Assembly: GCA_020137815.1 (NCBI GenBank)
Contig: CM035351.1
Coordinates: forward strand, 5,704,001 to 5,768,000
Source of the DNA: Hormiphora californensis
Lineage: Eukaryota > Animalia > Ctenophora
DNA length: 64,000 nt
Direction: 5' to 3'
Shown: positions 63,838 through 64,000 of the stretch, piece after piece
Layout: every line of letters begins with the position of its first letter
Position numbering within the stretch: position 1 is the stretch's first letter
Made by a program: the position numbers and the translations under genes
Notes under the pieces: generated by a model
Told to the model about the DNA's origin: nothing
What the model saw: the letters and a program-made list of their open reading frames with translations, nothing else
Databases searched by the model: none

Positions 63838-64000
63838 CTGGGGGAGATAGTGGTGGTTAGGAGGACTGGGCAGAAGGATTTATAGGGTAGAAATTAGAAA
63901 AATAACAAGGATAGGCAGATAGATAGAAAGAGAGAGAGGGAGAAAGAAGGAATGAGATAGACAGATATTTAGATAGTTAGAGAAACAGATAGAAAGAGAG

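Overview
Gene-dense, intron-containing animal genomic DNA, not prokaryotic. LDLa-GPCR paralogues, antisense nested genes, compact spacing and unpaired splice acceptors suggest a ctenophore, but this is inference. Recognisable genes: POMT2, RFC3, SUMF1, PIK3C3/Vps34, an RCC1-repeat gene, YAE1, an ankyrin-repeat gene, IQCE, glutamine synthetase, the 3' end of clathrin heavy chain, two intronless LDLa-7TM receptors, a small class A GPCR, an orphan secreted protein and the 5' end of a SIM-rich protein. Three genes appear nested antisense in introns of other genes. Six co-oriented genes (19.0-33.0 kb) are 68-338 bp apart, each with an AG acceptor just before its ATG, a candidate trans-spliced operon. 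Mobile DNA includes a full-length CR1/L2-type LINE with a candidate -1 frameshift, inserted in an Academ-like element; an ORF1-only retroelement; a truncated LINE; many foldback elements; and an 8 kb nest of DNA transposons. A ~30 nt motif recurs in sense orientation upstream of splice acceptors. Several frameshifts in the first 28 kb may be consensus errors. Exon boundaries were read by eye and are approximate.
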